This document shows, in pieces, positions 1 through 7,544 of a stretch of 26,033 bases of DNA. The number at the start of each line of letters is the position of its first letter. Position 1 is the stretch's first letter. The notes beneath the pieces were generated by a model. That model saw nothing but the letters and a program-made list of their open reading frames with translations. It was not told the origin of the DNA and made no database searches. The translations under genes were made by a program, and so were the position numbers. Source of the stretch: a virus; IMG/VR virus record IMGVR_UViG_2643221492_000001, positions 71,564 to 97,596 of that record, one strand, 5' to 3'.

Positions 1-13
1 TACGCTGGGGAAG

Positions 14-232
14 ATGAACGTCTATCTGGACCTTCGCCGCGCAGCAAGCGAACTGAGCATGGTCTACGCCGTCCAGCCCAAACAGGGGGATGGCTTCTAC
101 AAGCGGAATCGTGAGCAGCTCCACAAGCTCCAGAAGCTGTGCTCTCGTCATGCCGCCTATCTGGCGGAAGAGATTAAGTCTCTCGACCGAGCCCTGTACG
201 AGCAAAACGAGGATCAGATCGAGCGGTTGTAG
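14..232 (+). CDS. Hypothetical protein, probably the 3' end of a gene truncated by the window edge
   Basis: Frame is open from position 2; helical protein-like sequence; converges on the leftward phage block. Confidence 0.55.
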   Translation: MNVYLDLRRAASELSMVYAVQPKQGDGFYKRNREQLHKLQKLCSRHAAYLAEEIKSLDRALYEQNEDQIERL

Positions 233-285
233 CCCCATCGCGGAGTGTCGCCCCAGACTAGCGGGCGACATGTCAAGGCGGCGGC

Positions 286-657
286 TCACGATGCCGCCCT
301 TTCCACTTTCAGCTCCATCTCACGGCGATGCAGTCCGCTGGCAATCTGGATGATGTCGTTGACCGGGTTGCCGGTCATGGCGTGCAATGCGATCTTGGCG
401 CGCTGCTCGGCGTTGCCGATCTTTCCGTCGTCCAGGAGGGATTGATAGAACTGCGCGAGCGACAGGCTGTGGTCCTCGTGCGTGTAGACCTTCTTGCCGT
501 AGGAGACGACGGCGCCCTCCCACTGGTCGTCGATGTTGACCGCGTGGGCGATGTAGATGACGCCGGCATCCGGCGCCGTGTCGGGACTCGCGGCGATAGC
601 GGTCTCGACGGCTTCGAGAAACTTGCCCATGTCCAGGGCTTCGTAGCGGGTGAGCAT
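286..657 (-). CDS. Phage hypothetical protein (123 aa, MLTRYEALDM...)
   Basis: ATG at 657 overlaps the TGA of the upstream gene (TGATG coupling); the longer 276-aa extension reads as non-coding. Confidence 0.75.
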   Translation of the reverse strand: MLTRYEALDMGKFLEAVETAIAASPDTAPDAGVIYIAHAVNIDDQWEGAVVSYGKKVYTHEDHSLSLAQFYQSLLDDGKIGNAEQRAKIALHAMTGNPVNDIIQIASGLHRREMELKVERAAS

Positions 658-995
658 CAGGGTTCCTTCGGGAGGTTGACGTAGACGCCGCGTGCCTGGC
701 TCAGAGCGACAGGCAACTCGACGTGCGGATCGGAGGCCGCCCAACGCGCCTTGGCGTCGGACAGCGTTTCGCCAGGGCGGCGGCGCAGCACATGGGTGCT
801 GGATGCCCTGGGCGGCGGGACGTAGACGAAGGGCTCGTCGTCGGGGTCTTCTGGGCTGAGGTGAATCTCGCCCTGGGGAGCGCGGGCGTTGACCTCCTTG
901 ACGAGCTGCCAGTCGGTCCGAGTCAGGCCGCGCAGCCAGGAGACGGCCATCCCGTCCAGGCCCTCGGTGTCGATGACCGTCTTCCCGATCAGCAC
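657..995 (-). CDS. Phage hypothetical protein (112 aa)
   Basis: GTG start overlapping the end of the upstream ORF, preceded by GAGGGG; coupled to the downstream gene. Confidence 0.7.
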   Translation of the reverse strand: MLIGKTVIDTEGLDGMAVSWLRGLTRTDWQLVKEVNARAPQGEIHLSPEDPDDEPFVYVPPPRASSTHVLRRRPGETLSDAKARWAASDPHVELPVALSQARGVYVNLPKEP

Positions 996-2116
996 GCCGG
1001 CCCCTCAGCAGCCAGCGCAGGCTCGTTTTGGCTGGTTTGCGATACCGTGTCGGTAAAATCCCGGGATTCTTCGCATTTCTGGCCGGTTTTCGATACCGAT
1101 TTATCATCGGCCTCACGCGCGCGCGCGTACTGGACGTTTTCGGGCGAGCGATTCAGCCGGATTCCCGGGATCGAGGTCAGCTCTCCCTCGAAGCGCTCCG
1201 TCTCTTCCACCGCCTGGGAGAGGTCACCCTCCGTCGCCTTCCGAGCCGCCCGGTCCTCGCTGACCAGGGAGCCGCTCATGGCAGGCTTGGTCTCCACGAA
1301 GTGCAGGAAGCCGCCCTCCTGGGCGACATAGCCGGTCTTGCCGTTGGCGGCTGCCCAGTCCTTGAGCTGCTGGGTCAGGCGCTCGGTGGGCGTCAGCTCC
1401 AGAGCCCGGATGGCGTCGGCCGTCAGCATCGTGCGGATGTCCTCGGGAGTGCTGCCAGTGCTCAGGCCCGCGTTCACCACAAGCTGTGCCGTGCCCCCCA
1501 GGCTTTCCGGCCAGCGACGGAAACGCAGTTCCCTCCCCATGTCTACGACAGGCAGCGCTGTAAGCGTCGGTTCCTTGGGCTTCACGGTCGATTCAGGAGC
1601 GCCAACCGAGCCTGCAGCCTCCAGCTCCTCCCCCATGCCCCAATCGGAGCCCGCCTGCGCCTGGGCAGCCGGCATGCCGAGGACAGCCGCCCATTCGGCG
1701 CTGAAGTGGTTCCCGGCCTGCGCCGTCACCAGGGCATGGCGCAGCAGAGCGATCTCGTGCTCGAACAGGGTGTCCAGGCGCACCAGCGAGGGCGACATGC
1801 CGAGCATCAGCGTGCGAGCCGCCTCGACGGTCCGCTCGAACGCTAGGTTCACCCCCTCCACGAGGCCCGGCTGACGGGCGGCTTGGGCCTTCTTCAGGGC
1901 GTCATGCCGCGTGTTGCCGGGGTTCGCCTGCCGGTTGCAGGCTACGGTCGGACTCGCATCGGTAGGAGATACCGCGCAAAGAGGCGCCTGATCGGCGGGA
2001 TGGGTTCCTTCCACGCCGCGCGGACGGAAGAAGCTGGAGCTTCGGAAGACGGGCCAGAGGACACAGGCGAGACAGATCGCCAGAAGCAGGCCAAGGGCGA
2101 GATTGGTGGAATTCAT
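989..2116 (-). CDS. Phage hypothetical protein with N-terminal membrane anchor (375 aa)
   Basis: Long ORF, GAGG SD, hydrophobic N-terminus LALGLLLAICLACVLWPVF. Confidence 0.7.
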   Translation of the reverse strand: MNSTNLALGLLLAICLACVLWPVFRSSSFFRPRGVEGTHPADQAPLCAVSPTDASPTVACNRQANPGNTRHDALKKAQAARQPGLVEGVNLAFERTVEAARTLMLGMSPSLVRLDTLFEHEIALLRHALVTAQAGNHFSAEWAAVLGMPAAQAQAGSDWGMGEELEAAGSVGAPESTVKPKEPTLTALPVVDMGRELRFRRWPESLGGTAQLVVNAGLSTGSTPEDIRTMLTADAIRALELTPTERLTQQLKDWAAANGKTGYVAQEGGFLHFVETKPAMSGSLVSEDRAARKATEGDLSQAVEETERFEGELTSIPGIRLNRSPENVQYARAREADDKSVSKTGQKCEESRDFTDTVSQTSQNEPALAAEGPAC

Positions 2117-2146
2117 GAAATTTCCTCGTTTCGGTAGGTTGGAAGG

Positions 2147-2407
2147 TCAACGGAAGGATGCGGGCGCCTTACGGCTGCGCCCGGCGAGCCGGTCGGTATC
2201 GAGCTGGGCGAGGTGCCAGCAGTGCAGGTAGAAGAGCGCGCGGCGGTAGGTGGCGCGCACCAGGAGGACCACGGCGCCAACCAGGGCAGCCACAGCCCAC
2301 ATTGCGGGAAGGACTCCAAGGCCCCAGCCCTCGAACATCACAGCCGGCGCCAGCTCGGTACAGCCAGCCAGAGCCGCCACCAGGAACAGGACAACCCAGC
2401 GCATCAC
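2147..2407 (-). CDS. Small membrane protein / putative lipoprotein
   Basis: Signal-like N-terminus ending in lipobox LAGC, second hydrophobic segment; start overlaps the upstream stop. Confidence 0.65.
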   Translation of the reverse strand: MMRWVVLFLVAALAGCTELAPAVMFEGWGLGVLPAMWAVAALVGAVVLLVRATYRRALFYLHCWHLAQLDTDRLAGRSRKAPASFR

Positions 2408-3174
2408 GCCACCCGCCAGTCACAGGCCAGCATGTCGGTCTGGCTGGCGAGCCATCCGGTCACGGTAGAGCCATCGGCCGCACGCATGTTGATGTTCGGC
2501 ATCCGGGTGACGGTTCCATCGTCCCCCAGCATGAACAGGGCGCGGGGCACGCCACCGATGGCGGCAGCCTGCTCATGCTCGTCGTGGGAGCCGAGGTTGA
2601 GCCAGAGGAACATGCCCTTCCCGTTCCACCCGGCGCGTTGGATTCGGCCACCAGAGATCAGGTGGTCCAGGGCCTCGCCGAACTTCATGTCCCGCTTGGC
2701 AGGAGAGGCGACAGGCAGTGGCGGCACACCAGTCGCCGTCGTGCCGTCCGCGTAGGCTCTGGTCTCCAACTGCCGGACGGCGGCAAGCTGGTCACGCAGC
2801 GCGTAGCCCAGAAGCGGCCAGACCTGATCGACCGCGTGCTGCCGAGCGTATTGGCGTCCCAAGTCGGCACAGAAGTTGTCAGACGACACCGGGCCGGTGT
2901 TCACGCCGACGATCTTCGTGCCGTTGCGCAGGACCAGCACACAGATGGTGACGCAAGAGAGTGGGCTCTTGTTGAAGGTCACGTACTCGGGGAGCAGCGA
3001 CGCGCCGGGCTTGCTCTCGGATGCGGCACGCACGCCATCCGCCGCAGTGAAATAGCTCTCGCTGACGATGGCCGCCTCGATGTCGGCCGGCGTGACGCGC
3101 GGAGCATTCAGGCCCTTCGAAGCGATCTGCGCCTCGTCGGCGGCGTCTTGAGAGGAAATGCGGTCGTTGCTCAT
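2404..3174 (-). CDS. Gp49/Sf6-Gp66 family domain fused to DUF2829 (Tad2-like) domain; putative anti-defence nucleotide sponge
   Basis: N-half APRVTPADIEAAI...TICVLVLRNG...VS.DNF.ADLG..YAR..AVDQVWPLLGYALR (Gp49/66 pattern); C-half MKFGEAL...R.GWNGKGMFL...W.ASQTDMLA.DW (DUF2829 pattern); AAGGAG SD. Confidence 0.85.
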   Translation of the reverse strand: MSNDRISSQDAADEAQIASKGLNAPRVTPADIEAAIVSESYFTAADGVRAASESKPGASLLPEYVTFNKSPLSCVTICVLVLRNGTKIVGVNTGPVSSDNFCADLGRQYARQHAVDQVWPLLGYALRDQLAAVRQLETRAYADGTTATGVPPLPVASPAKRDMKFGEALDHLISGGRIQRAGWNGKGMFLWLNLGSHDEHEQAAAIGGVPRALFMLGDDGTVTRMPNINMRAADGSTVTGWLASQTDMLACDWRVA

Positions 3175-3183
3175 GTGACTCCT

Positions 3184-3828
3184 TCAGTCGGTTGAGATGT
3201 CGATGGAAATGGAATGGGAGACCTGGCCCTTCAGGTCGATGGCTTGGCGGTTGTCGTACTGGGCGTTGCGCTTCGCGGCGAGCCACTGCAGGCCATTGGC
3301 CCGGATCGCCATGACCTTGGCGTCGGTAGCGTCGAGCGCGACGCCCTCCCCGACTGCGATGGCCTTCTCTGCCATCGCGGCGCCGCCTTCGAGCATTGCG
3401 TCGGCATACAGCGCTGCGCGGTCCTCGTTGGCCTTGAAGTAGGCAGCGATGTCCGCGCGCCGGACCATCAGGCCCTCTGCGATGCGGAGCACGGTCTCGC
3501 CGTCGTAGAGGGAGAGGAGGATTTCGCTCTCGTGGTCGGCAACGATCTCGGCGTTGGTCTTGGGCTTGCTGCCCTTCTTCGGCCGGCCGGTCTTGCCCTC
3601 CTTCGCCACCACGATGACGTTCATGGCCGCCTGCTTGACCAGGGCCATGCGGTAGCGGTCTCGAAGCTCAGGCTGCAGCGTGAAGAACTCGACGATCTGG
3701 GCAGGCCAGACCTCGATCTCCTTCGCCACTTCATGGACAGTGCGGCCCGAAGCGAGCTGTTCGAGCAGCCAGTCGGCCTTCTCGCCCAGCATCTCCCGCA
3801 GTTTCCGACCCTTGCTTTGACCAGCCAT
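3184..3828 (-). CDS. terS: Terminase small subunit (Sf6-like) with duplicated N-terminal HTH
   Basis: EILLSLYDGETVLRIA...Y.DA...AMAEKAIAV...QWLAAK.NAQY.NRQAIDLKG matches the Sf6-type TerS pattern. Confidence 0.65.
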   Translation of the reverse strand: MAGQSKGRKLREMLGEKADWLLEQLASGRTVHEVAKEIEVWPAQIVEFFTLQPELRDRYRMALVKQAAMNVIVVAKEGKTGRPKKGSKPKTNAEIVADHESEILLSLYDGETVLRIAEGLMVRRADIAAYFKANEDRAALYADAMLEGGAAMAEKAIAVGEGVALDATDAKVMAIRANGLQWLAAKRNAQYDNRQAIDLKGQVSHSISIDISTD

Positions 3829-3852
3829 CTGTTTCGATCCTACCGAGGGGAC

Positions 3853-3881
3853 TTGACAAACCTACCAATAGTAGTTATACT
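3853..3881 (+). promoter_or_regulatory. Near-consensus sigma70 promoter with 13-bp box in the spacer
   Basis: TTGACA (3853-3858), 17 bp, TATACT (3876-3881); CTACCAATAGTAG at 3862-3874. Confidence 0.85.
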
Positions 3882-3887
3882 ACGCAA

Positions 3888-4243
3888 CATGCACCGGCCA
3901 AAACCGATGCAGAAATCAACCGGCAGTAGGGACTCCACAGATCAGCTCTCGCCAAGCTGTTAGGACTAGATGGGATTCGCCACACGGCGTGAATCCTCGC
4001 CCCGCTAGAAGCCACAAGACACCTCGCAGTGAGGGCACCCCGGGAGGGGCTCCTGAAACACTGGTAAGTGTCCGACCGGCAACTCCAATTTTAGCGCCAA
4101 ACCTACCGATAGGAGCATTTTCTTTACTCCATCGGTAGAAAAACATCCACACAGAACGACACCGCTCTGCCCCTTCGGGCAGACCAGTGCGCTTTGCACT
4201 TTTACCCTACCGATACGAGCTTTAACCACCGAAGGAGATCAGC
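3888..4243 (+). ncRNA. Candidate structured 5' leader / ncRNA
   Basis: About 355 nt without a credible ORF after the promoter; hairpins at 3943-3959, 3973-3996, 4022-4034, 4038-4049, 4058-4071, 4103-4138, 4166-4183, 4186-4200. Confidence 0.45.
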
Positions 4244-4246
4244 ATG
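4151..4246 (+). repeat. Two-hairpin leader element, copy A
   Basis: TCTGCCC-CTTC-GGGCAGA then AGTGCG-CTT-TGCACT, 13-bp box, AGGAGATCAGCATG. Confidence 0.8.
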
Positions 4247-4702
4247 TTCCATACCCCCGCACACAAAGCTCTCGCAGTCCGGCCCGCACAGATTGCCGCT
4301 CCGGCAGATGCCGCAATCGAGCGTCCGACAGCACCTTCCACTGTTCTCGAAGCACTCGTTGCGCTCCGGGCCGAAGTCTCCGAGATGGAGTCACGCTGCG
4401 GCTGGGCCGGCAATGGCGCTCGCGCCAAGGCAGACGCCGCAATTGCTGCGGCATCGCAGGCCGCACAAGACGCCTACGTCGTGGTGCAGGAGGGAGGCAG
4501 CAGCGAGGAGCTTTTCCTGCACGCCCACTACACGGAAAACGAAGCCCACGAGGATCGGATTGCTTGCCGCGACGACGGCAGCTACCGAACTTCTTCGGTC
4601 GTGAAGGTGCCTGCAATCCTGGCCGCGCACGGAGAGGTCTTCTACGAGACCGTCGAGGCAATCCTCAAGGCGGCGCTGGATGTCGACTTCCCTGAAGACT
4701 GA
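4244..4702 (+). CDS. Phage hypothetical protein (152 aa)
   Basis: AAGGAG SD, ATG; first gene of the rightward operon. Confidence 0.8.
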   Translation: MFHTPAHKALAVRPAQIAAPADAAIERPTAPSTVLEALVALRAEVSEMESRCGWAGNGARAKADAAIAAASQAAQDAYVVVQEGGSSEELFLHAHYTENEAHEDRIACRDDGSYRTSSVVKVPAILAAHGEVFYETVEAILKAALDVDFPED

Positions 4703-4726
4703 TCGACCAGGGCGCCCCAGCTCAGT

Positions 4727-4829
4727 ACAGAACACACCACGCTGCTCGGCGCGCTGGGCAGCCTAGTGCGCTTTGCACTCGCTTCCTACCAAAAAGAGGA
4801 TGCGCAACCCAGCACAGGAGATCAGCATG
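4727..4829 (+). repeat. Two-hairpin leader element, copy B
   Basis: ACAGAAC, GCTGCTCGGC..GCTGGGCAGC, AGTGCGCTTTGCACT identical to copy A, 13-bp box, AGGAGATCAGCATG identical to copy A. Confidence 0.8.
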
Positions 4830-5267
4830 TCCATGCGCAAGATTTACGTGGCCGAAGCGGCAGACGGCAGCGACGACAAGGCAGTCGTCTATCGCGACTC
4901 GGAATGGAACGAGTTCCGAACCAAGTTCTACATCGCTGGCAAACACTACGAGCCAGCCGACTCGTTCGAGACCGATAAGGAATCCGCGGTCCACACGGCG
5001 GATGACTGGATTCAGAACCGCCGCTACTACAACCGCAGGCCAGCCAGCGCGGCTCCCCACGAGTCGCTCGCACCAGCAGTGGAAGCTCTGCGCGCCTTCG
5101 TCGTGCGCCGAGGCCCAGGTTGGCCCGACGACCTCGCAGTCTGCTGGTGCAACGACGCCTATCGACGCTATGGCTGCACATCCGACGAAGCCAGCCTCCT
5201 CCAGCTCCTGCGCAACACGGCCGCCACCGGCCCGGGTAGCGACTTCATCCGCAGCTTCAAGCCCTGA
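4827..5267 (+). CDS. Phage hypothetical protein (146 aa), apparently two small domains
   Basis: AGGAG SD before ATG 4827; VYRDSEWNEFRTKFY domain followed by ALRAF...W...LQLLRN...GP domain. Confidence 0.8.
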   Translation: MSMRKIYVAEAADGSDDKAVVYRDSEWNEFRTKFYIAGKHYEPADSFETDKESAVHTADDWIQNRRYYNRRPASAAPHESLAPAVEALRAFVVRRGPGWPDDLAVCWCNDAYRRYGCTSDEASLLQLLRNTAATGPGSDFIRSFKP

Positions 5268-5271
5268 TTGA

Positions 5272-5316
5272 ACCGCTATGCCTCGCGCGCCGGGGCATGC
5301 CAGTGCAATCCCGCAC
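5272..5316 (+). repeat. Two-hairpin leader element, copy C (diverged)
   Basis: ACCGCT-ATGCCTCG..CGGGGCAT then CCA-GTGC-AATCCC-GCAC. Confidence 0.65.
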
Positions 5317-5344
5317 GTCACCGCCTGAACGGCAGAAAGTTCCC

Positions 5345-5995
5345 ATGATCGCCAACATCACCCCCGGCCTCACCTCGACCAGCGACCTCGACCTGAACGG
5401 CCAGATCGTCGCTCTGTCGGCCAGCAAGGGCCGCTTTGCCAACCCGCTACTGCAACTCCACCAAGTGACTGGTGGCAGCGGCTGCAGCCCCACCGCCCTC
5501 GGCTCCGGCGTGTTCGTCCGTCCTCTCTGGGTCGAATCGCCCGAGGGCAGTGGCAACCTGGCAAGGAACACGGCGAGCGGCACGCCCCATGAAGACGACG
5601 GCTCCTTCAAGACCCGTCGTGGTGCGGTCCTCGGCGTCGTGTCGCCCGAGTTGCTCGCCCTGGTGGAAGCCAACACAGAGCCCAAGATTGCCCCCGTCGA
5701 TCCCTCCAACCTGTGCGTCATCGCCGCATCCAACGGATGCTGGGGCAAGGGCGATACCGTGAAAGAGGCTCTCCGCAAAGCGGGCGCCAAGCTCGGCGAT
5801 GGCACGTTTGTCGCCGTCATCCACCGCGAGGCCTACCTCAGCGACTGGGGCTCGATCATGACGCCCACCTACTGCGAGGTGGCAGGCCGCCCCAACGTGC
5901 AGATGGTCTACAACTCCGAGGAACTGCGGCCTCGCCTGCCGAAGGCCGAAGAGATGGCAGCCCAGTTCATCGCAGCAGCCAAGGTGCAAGCATGA
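5345..5995 (+). CDS. Phage hypothetical protein (216 aa)
   Basis: ATG after the leader element; GC3-rich codons; ATGA coupling to the next gene. Confidence 0.8.
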   Translation: MIANITPGLTSTSDLDLNGQIVALSASKGRFANPLLQLHQVTGGSGCSPTALGSGVFVRPLWVESPEGSGNLARNTASGTPHEDDGSFKTRRGAVLGVVSPELLALVEANTEPKIAPVDPSNLCVIAASNGCWGKGDTVKEALRKAGAKLGDGTFVAVIHREAYLSDWGSIMTPTYCEVAGRPNVQMVYNSEELRPRLPKAEEMAAQFIAAAKVQA

Positions 5996-6201
5996 GCACC
6001 AGGAAGCCGACCTACCAGGAGCTTGCGAACGCCCTCGCGATGGCCCTCGATGCGTTCTCCAGGCATGACGAGCAGCTCGATGCATTCATGTCCGTGCACG
6101 ACGCCTCGCGCAACGAGAAGCGACGTGCAAAGGAGGCGGTGAAGGACGCCGACTCTGCCCGCGAGGTTCTCCAACGCACAACGGTCGAGGAGTCACCATG
6201 A
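5992..6201 (+). CDS. Phage hypothetical protein (69 aa, MSTRKPTYQEL...)
   Basis: ATGA overlaps at both ends. Confidence 0.75.
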   Translation: MSTRKPTYQELANALAMALDAFSRHDEQLDAFMSVHDASRNEKRRAKEAVKDADSAREVLQRTTVEESP

Positions 6202-6419
6202 GAGTCCGCAAGTACAGCAAGCTCAAGCGACTCCCGATCAGCCAGAAGCCGCTACCCCGCCCCCGCCGCCTCGTGCCTGGCCCCGCAAAGCCCTACCTCA
6301 CCGAAGACGGACCTCTGGCGGGACATCGCATCTATCTTCGCTCACCCAACACACTACCGATAGTAGTTCGAGGCATTGCCGGGCACTACAGCTCGGGGAC
6401 TTGGGTGCCCTCCCCCTAG
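6198..6419 (+). CDS. Basic phage hypothetical protein (73 aa)
   Basis: GAGGAG SD, ATGA overlap; contains a perfect 13-bp box at 6354-6366. Confidence 0.7.
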   Translation: MRVRKYSKLKRLPISQKPLPRPRRLVPGPAKPYLTEDGPLAGHRIYLRSPNTLPIVVRGIAGHYSSGTWVPSP

Positions 6420-6427
6420 AGCCCGGA

Positions 6428-6469
6428 CTGATGCCCAGCGCGCTGGGCATTGGCCTGCGCTTTTGCAGG
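6428..6469 (+). repeat. Two-hairpin leader element, copy D
   Basis: CTGATGCCCAGC..GCTGGGCATTGG then CCTGCG-CTTT-TGCAGG; compensatory changes relative to A/B. Confidence 0.7.
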
Positions 6470-6492
6470 TTCCCTCTCATGGAGTTTTGAGT

Positions 6493-6720
6493 ATGGCTTG
6501 CCTCACCAACTACACAGTTCAGTGCACGGATGTCACCACCGGGAAAACCGGGTGCTTTCTTTTCGATACGGCGCACTGGCAGCAGACCGGCGAATTTAGG
6601 GCCGTGTCGCCCGTGTTCGCCAACCTCACGCAGTTCTACGCATGGGACAACGAAAACAAGAACCTGCGCGCGCCGTGCTACCTTGAGCGCAACAGCGATC
6701 AAGAGGCCGCACATGACTAA
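6493..6720 (+). CDS. Phage hypothetical protein (75 aa)
   Basis: GGAG SD, ATG 6493; overlaps the next start. Confidence 0.75.
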   Translation: MACLTNYTVQCTDVTTGKTGCFLFDTAHWQQTGEFRAVSPVFANLTQFYAWDNENKNLRAPCYLERNSDQEAAHD

Positions 6721-7015
6721 GCGGCTCCCTCACGGCGTTCCTGGACAGGTGAACATTTACGTCCTCGACAAAGACAGCGACATCACCGGCCACGGCGCCC
6801 ACAACCGCATTCTGGTGTTCGGCCACAAAGACGGAACCATCACGGCACGCGAGGATGTTCGCGGCCTCCCGTTCTCCACTGAAGAGCAGCGCCGTAAGGT
6901 GCTCAACGGCTGGCAACGGCAGCATCCGCGCAATTCTCGCCTCAAGCTCATTCATCAAGAGTACGGCGGCGACAGCATTGAGCACATCTACCGAGCAGAA
7001 GGCGGTGTCGCGTGA
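6713..7015 (+). CDS. Phage hypothetical protein (100 aa)
   Basis: GAGG SD, ATG 6713; GTGA overlap with the next gene. Confidence 0.75.
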   Translation: MTKRLPHGVPGQVNIYVLDKDSDITGHGAHNRILVFGHKDGTITAREDVRGLPFSTEEQRRKVLNGWQRQHPRNSRLKLIHQEYGGDSIEHIYRAEGGVA

Positions 7016-7236
7016 GCCGCATCGTTGCCTACACCTACGAAGCCGATGTGCACTGCGTGAACTGCACCAACAACCGCTTCGGCCAACACATCCGGTTTCC
7101 GCGCGATTCGAACGGCATCCCTCTCGACTCGACCGACAGAGAGGGCAACGCGATTCATCCCGTCTTCTCGACCGATGAAGTCACCACGACCCATTTCACT
7201 TACTGCGGCTCATGCCTGCAACCTCTGGAGCATTGA
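7012..7236 (+). CDS. Small putative Zn-binding phage protein (74 aa)
   Basis: AYTYEADVHCxxC ... CxxC; GTGA coupling. Confidence 0.75.
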   Translation: MSRIVAYTYEADVHCVNCTNNRFGQHIRFPRDSNGIPLDSTDREGNAIHPVFSTDEVTTTHFTYCGSCLQPLEH

Positions 7237-7238
7237 CC

Positions 7239-7544
7239 ATGGACACCGTTAGCTTTCACACCAGCGCAGAAGACCGGGCGATCCTGATCGCAATCCTCAA
7301 ACGCGCAAAGACAGTTGCGAACGAGATCGGCAGCCCCCTGCGCGATCCGCTCAGCCTGCACATGGACCTTACCGCGTGCCACGCCAACGGGTGCCCCCTG
7401 AAACTCAAGGAGTTGCTGGAGACGGACGACTTCAACTTTACGCACGATGTCTTCGGAATCAGTCGCCACCTCGACCGCGGTACGGGGAAGCTGACGCAGT
7501 GCTTCCTGCCCCGCTTCGCCGCACGCACTCAGGAGGCAGCATGA
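7239..7544 (+). CDS. Conserved phage protein (DUF6874-like)
   Basis: MDLTACHANGCPL.L..LL..DDFNF.HDVFGI.RHLDR.TGKL..CFLPRF is a recognisable widespread phage family; the DUF number is from memory. Confidence 0.75.
   Translation: MDTVSFHTSAEDRAILIAILKRAKTVANEIGSPLRDPLSLHMDLTACHANGCPLKLKELLETDDFNFTHDVFGISRHLDRGTGKLTQCFLPRFAARTQEAA

Noticed and set aside
246-270. Hairpin TGTCGCCC/GGGCGACA between convergent genes
   Set aside because: No U-tract on either strand, so not called as a terminator.
286-1116. 276-aa ORF as listed in the track
   Set aside because: The first ~150 aa are Arg/Pro-rich shadow translation over two better genes; the coupled start at 657 is preferred.
1115-1128. Alternating (CG)n run
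   Set aside because: Encodes YARARE in a GC-rich gene; short enough to arise by chance.
3840-3852. Extra 13-bp box CTACCGAGGGGAC next to the -35
   Set aside because: Only the left half matches; may be a weak half-site but was not counted.
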